Origin: Candidatus Iainarchaeum sp.
Lineage (GTDB): Archaea > Iainarchaeota > Iainarchaeia > Iainarchaeales > 0-14-0-20-34-12
Direction: 5' to 3'
Length of the DNA stretch: 6,578 nt
Assembly (NCBI GenBank): GCA_030649345.1
Contig: JAUSKK010000050.1
Location: 1-6,578, forward strand
Below the pieces are notes generated by a model. The model was not told where the DNA came from. It did no database searches and saw only the letters and a program-made list of their open reading frames with translations. A program made the translations under genes and the position numbers. This document shows positions 5,454-6,578 of the stretch, piece after piece; positions within the stretch are counted from its first letter, which is position 1, and each line of letters begins with the position of its first letter.

Positions 5454-5660
5454 CTACAAACTTTTCACAGCTAACCTTATGTCTTCTGCTGTAATGGTTT
5501 TGCGTTTAGCATGGGTGGACAAATTTACTGCTTTTTGGGCAATTTTAATTCCGTATTCCTCCAGTATTTCAGCTAATTCTTTGGCAGCATCTTCGCTGAC
5601 TCTTGGAGCTCCGCCTTTTCGGATGACTCGATCTACAGCTGCTGCAGGCAATTCACTCAA
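5454..5660 (-). CDS. Archaeal histone (HMf/HMfB-type histone fold, 68 aa)
   Basis: MSELPAAAVDRVIRKGGAPRVSEDAAKELAEILEEYGIKIAQKAVNLSTHAKRKTITAEDIRLAVKSL aligns end to end with HMfB-type histones (ELPIAPIGRIIK..GAERVS.DA...LA..LEE.G..IA..A..LA.HAGRKTI.AEDI.LA). It includes the conserved Arg in the N-terminal helix, the RKT loop and the His used in tetramer contacts. The start is TTG (caa at 5658-5660), there is no in-frame ATG, and a GAGGTG SD lies 7 nt upstream. Confidence 0.92.
   Translation of the reverse strand: MSELPAAAVDRVIRKGGAPRVSEDAAKELAEILEEYGIKIAQKAVNLSTHAKRKTITAEDIRLAVKSL
5461..5489. repeat. Direct repeat copy 2 (29 bp), inside the histone CDS and encoding AEDIRLAVKS
   Basis: An exact match to 5390-5418. 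On the minus strand it reads gca gaa gac ata agg tta gct gtg aaa ag, which are the last codons of the histone gene. Confidence 0.95.
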
Positions 5661-5667
5661 AATTAAA

Positions 5668-5673
5668 CACCTC
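5668..5673 (-). promoter_or_regulatory. Shine-Dalgarno-like GAGGTG upstream of the histone TTG start
   Basis: The minus strand reads tttttacccGAGGTGtttaattTTGagtgaa, giving a 7-nt spacer to the start codon. Confidence 0.5.
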
Positions 5674-5813
5674 GGGTAAAAATAAACTCATTTAAAGGAT
5701 TAATCTTCAGATAAATAAAAAGCTATCGTTTTTATTGAAAAACAAGCCAAAATCAGGTTAATTAAAGGATAAAATACGAGTTTAAGTTTTTTTAGGTTAG
5801 AAATGACTAAGAT

Positions 5814-6578
5814 ATGACTGAATTTATTGAACACCCCTTGATTAAACCAGAAACCATTGAAGCTCGAACCTATCAATCAGTCTTAGCTGCACGGGTTCTA
5901 GAAAATCCCAGCTCTTTGGTGGTGGCTCCAACTGCTTTAGGCAAAACCATTGTAGCTGTCATGGTGGCAGCCCATTTATTGCAAAAATATCCAGATAAAA
6001 AAATTTTAATTCTTGCCCCCACAAGACCTTTATGTGAACAACACAAAGAAAGTTTTCGAAAATTTTTAAACATTCCTGAGGAAAAAATTATTACTTTAAC
6101 TGGAACCACAGAACAAAAATTGCGAAACAATGAATGGGAAAATGCCAGCGTGATTTGTGCAACACCCCAAACCATTGAAAACGATATTATCACAGAACGC
6201 ATTGATCTTTCAGAATTGGAAGCTTGCATTTTTGATGAAACGCATAGAGCCGTCAAAGAATATTCGTATGTGTTTATTGGAAAACAGTTAAATGCATTGA
6301 AAAGAAAACCTTTGATCTTGGCTTTGACTGCCAGCCCAGGTGCAAGTAAAGAAAAAATTGAAGAAATTTGTACAAATTTAGGAATCGAAAATATTGAAAT
6401 CAAAACATTGCAAGATGCAGACGTACAAGAATACATTAAACCCATTGACATGGAAATACGCTATGTAGAATTACCCAAAGAAACCAAAGAAATTGCTGAA
6501 CATTTACGTGCATTTGTTAAAGAAAAACTTGAAGAATTGAAAGCATTGCATTTAGTGAGAACAGCTGAAATAAATCAG
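5814..6578 (+). CDS. hef: Hef (helicase-associated endonuclease for fork-structured DNA) / FANCM-Mph1-type superfamily 2 helicase, N-terminal 255 codons. It continues beyond the window end.
   Basis: Hand translation from ATG 5814 is open to the window end: MTEFIEHPLIKPETIEARTYQSVLAARVLENPSSLVVAPTALGKT (motif I at 5925-5948) ...ILILAPTRPLCEQH...VICATPQTIENDII...CIFDETHRAV (DExH box at 6234-6245) ...LILALTASPGASKEKIEEICTNLGIENIEI... This is collinear with Pyrococcus Hef as I recall it. It is missing from the ORF track because it has no stop inside the window. Confidence 0.9.
   Translation, partial: MTEFIEHPLIKPETIEARTYQSVLAARVLENPSSLVVAPTALGKTIVAVMVAAHLLQKYPDKKILILAPTRPLCEQHKESFRKFLNIPEEKIITLTGTTEQKLRNNEWENASVICATPQTIENDIITERIDLSELEACIFDETHRAVKEYSYVFIGKQLNALKRKPLILALTASPGASKEKIEEICTNLGIENIEIKTLQDADVQEYIKPIDMEIRYVELPKETKEIAEHLRAFVKEKLEELKALHLVRTAEINQ

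Noticed and set aside
5390-5489. Reading the two 29-bp repeats with a 42-bp spacer as a mini CRISPR array
   Set aside because: The dimensions fit CRISPR, but there are only two copies. One copy is the conserved coding 3' end of the histone gene. The similarity continues beyond the core with wobble-only changes. The repeat has no internal palindrome, and no cas genes or leader are in view.
5390-5489. Bulge-helix-bulge intron or programmed frameshift/readthrough joining the histone to the ghost C-terminus
   Set aside because: The histone already ends at the expected length, with tag followed immediately by taa. The 71-nt offset is out of frame, and I could find no helix-bulge structure at the repeat boundaries.
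5692-5770. 9-bp direct repeat ttaaaggat (5692-5700 and 5762-5770) in the histone/hef divergent region, spaced 70 bp apart like the histone repeat
   Set aside because: A short AT-rich match of this kind is expected by chance in AT-rich promoter DNA. It is probably just TATA/BRE-like sequence for the two divergent promoters.
5873-6451. 192-aa ORF on the minus strand in the supplied track
   Set aside because: It lies entirely antisense to the strongly supported hef reading frame (motif I, DExH box, TASPG). Its product is Ser/Phe/Cys/Ile-rich with no motifs, which is typical of a shadow ORF.
1-6578. Absence of TGA stops among the six complete genes as a hint of stop-codon reassignment
   Set aside because: The sample is far too small. 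AT-rich genomes favour TAA and TAG, and no homology-supported gene shows an in-frame TGA.

Overview
This is an AT-rich, tightly packed chromosomal segment that looks archaeal. The evidence is an HMf-type histone, a Hef/FANCM-type helicase, a form III RuBisCO and an archaeal-type CMP-kinase-like gene. The low G+C and compact layout fit a small-genome uncultivated lineage such as DPANN, but that is inference only. I support eight protein genes. Two run off the window edges and are therefore missing from the ORF track; I translated them by hand: nadC (1-548, minus, N-terminal part) and hef (5814-6578, plus, N-terminal part). The others are a basic orphan protein (615-1163 +), form III RuBisCO (1156-2451 -), a DEAD-box RNA helicase with an RGG/Ser-rich tail (2567-3814 -), a Cmk-like P-loop kinase (3982-4569 +), a very basic orphan protein with about 11 tandem 11-12-residue F-A-x-G-L repeats (4570-5358 -), and an archaeal histone (5454-5660 -). 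I saw no rRNA, tRNA, transposase, integrase or genuine CRISPR array. I found no recognisable multi-gene defence or mobile system; most of the window is housekeeping. Two things stand out. First, a perfect 29-bp direct repeat duplicates the histone gene 3' end 71 bp downstream, leaving a ghost C-terminus whose only differences are at wobble positions. Second, the uncharacterised repeat protein lies immediately downstream of the histone. Lesser points: the orphan gene overlaps the RuBisCO 3' end, the RuBisCO and histone genes use TTG starts with GGTG Shine-Dalgarno sites while the other genes look leaderless, and two convergent gene pairs have zero or negative spacing.
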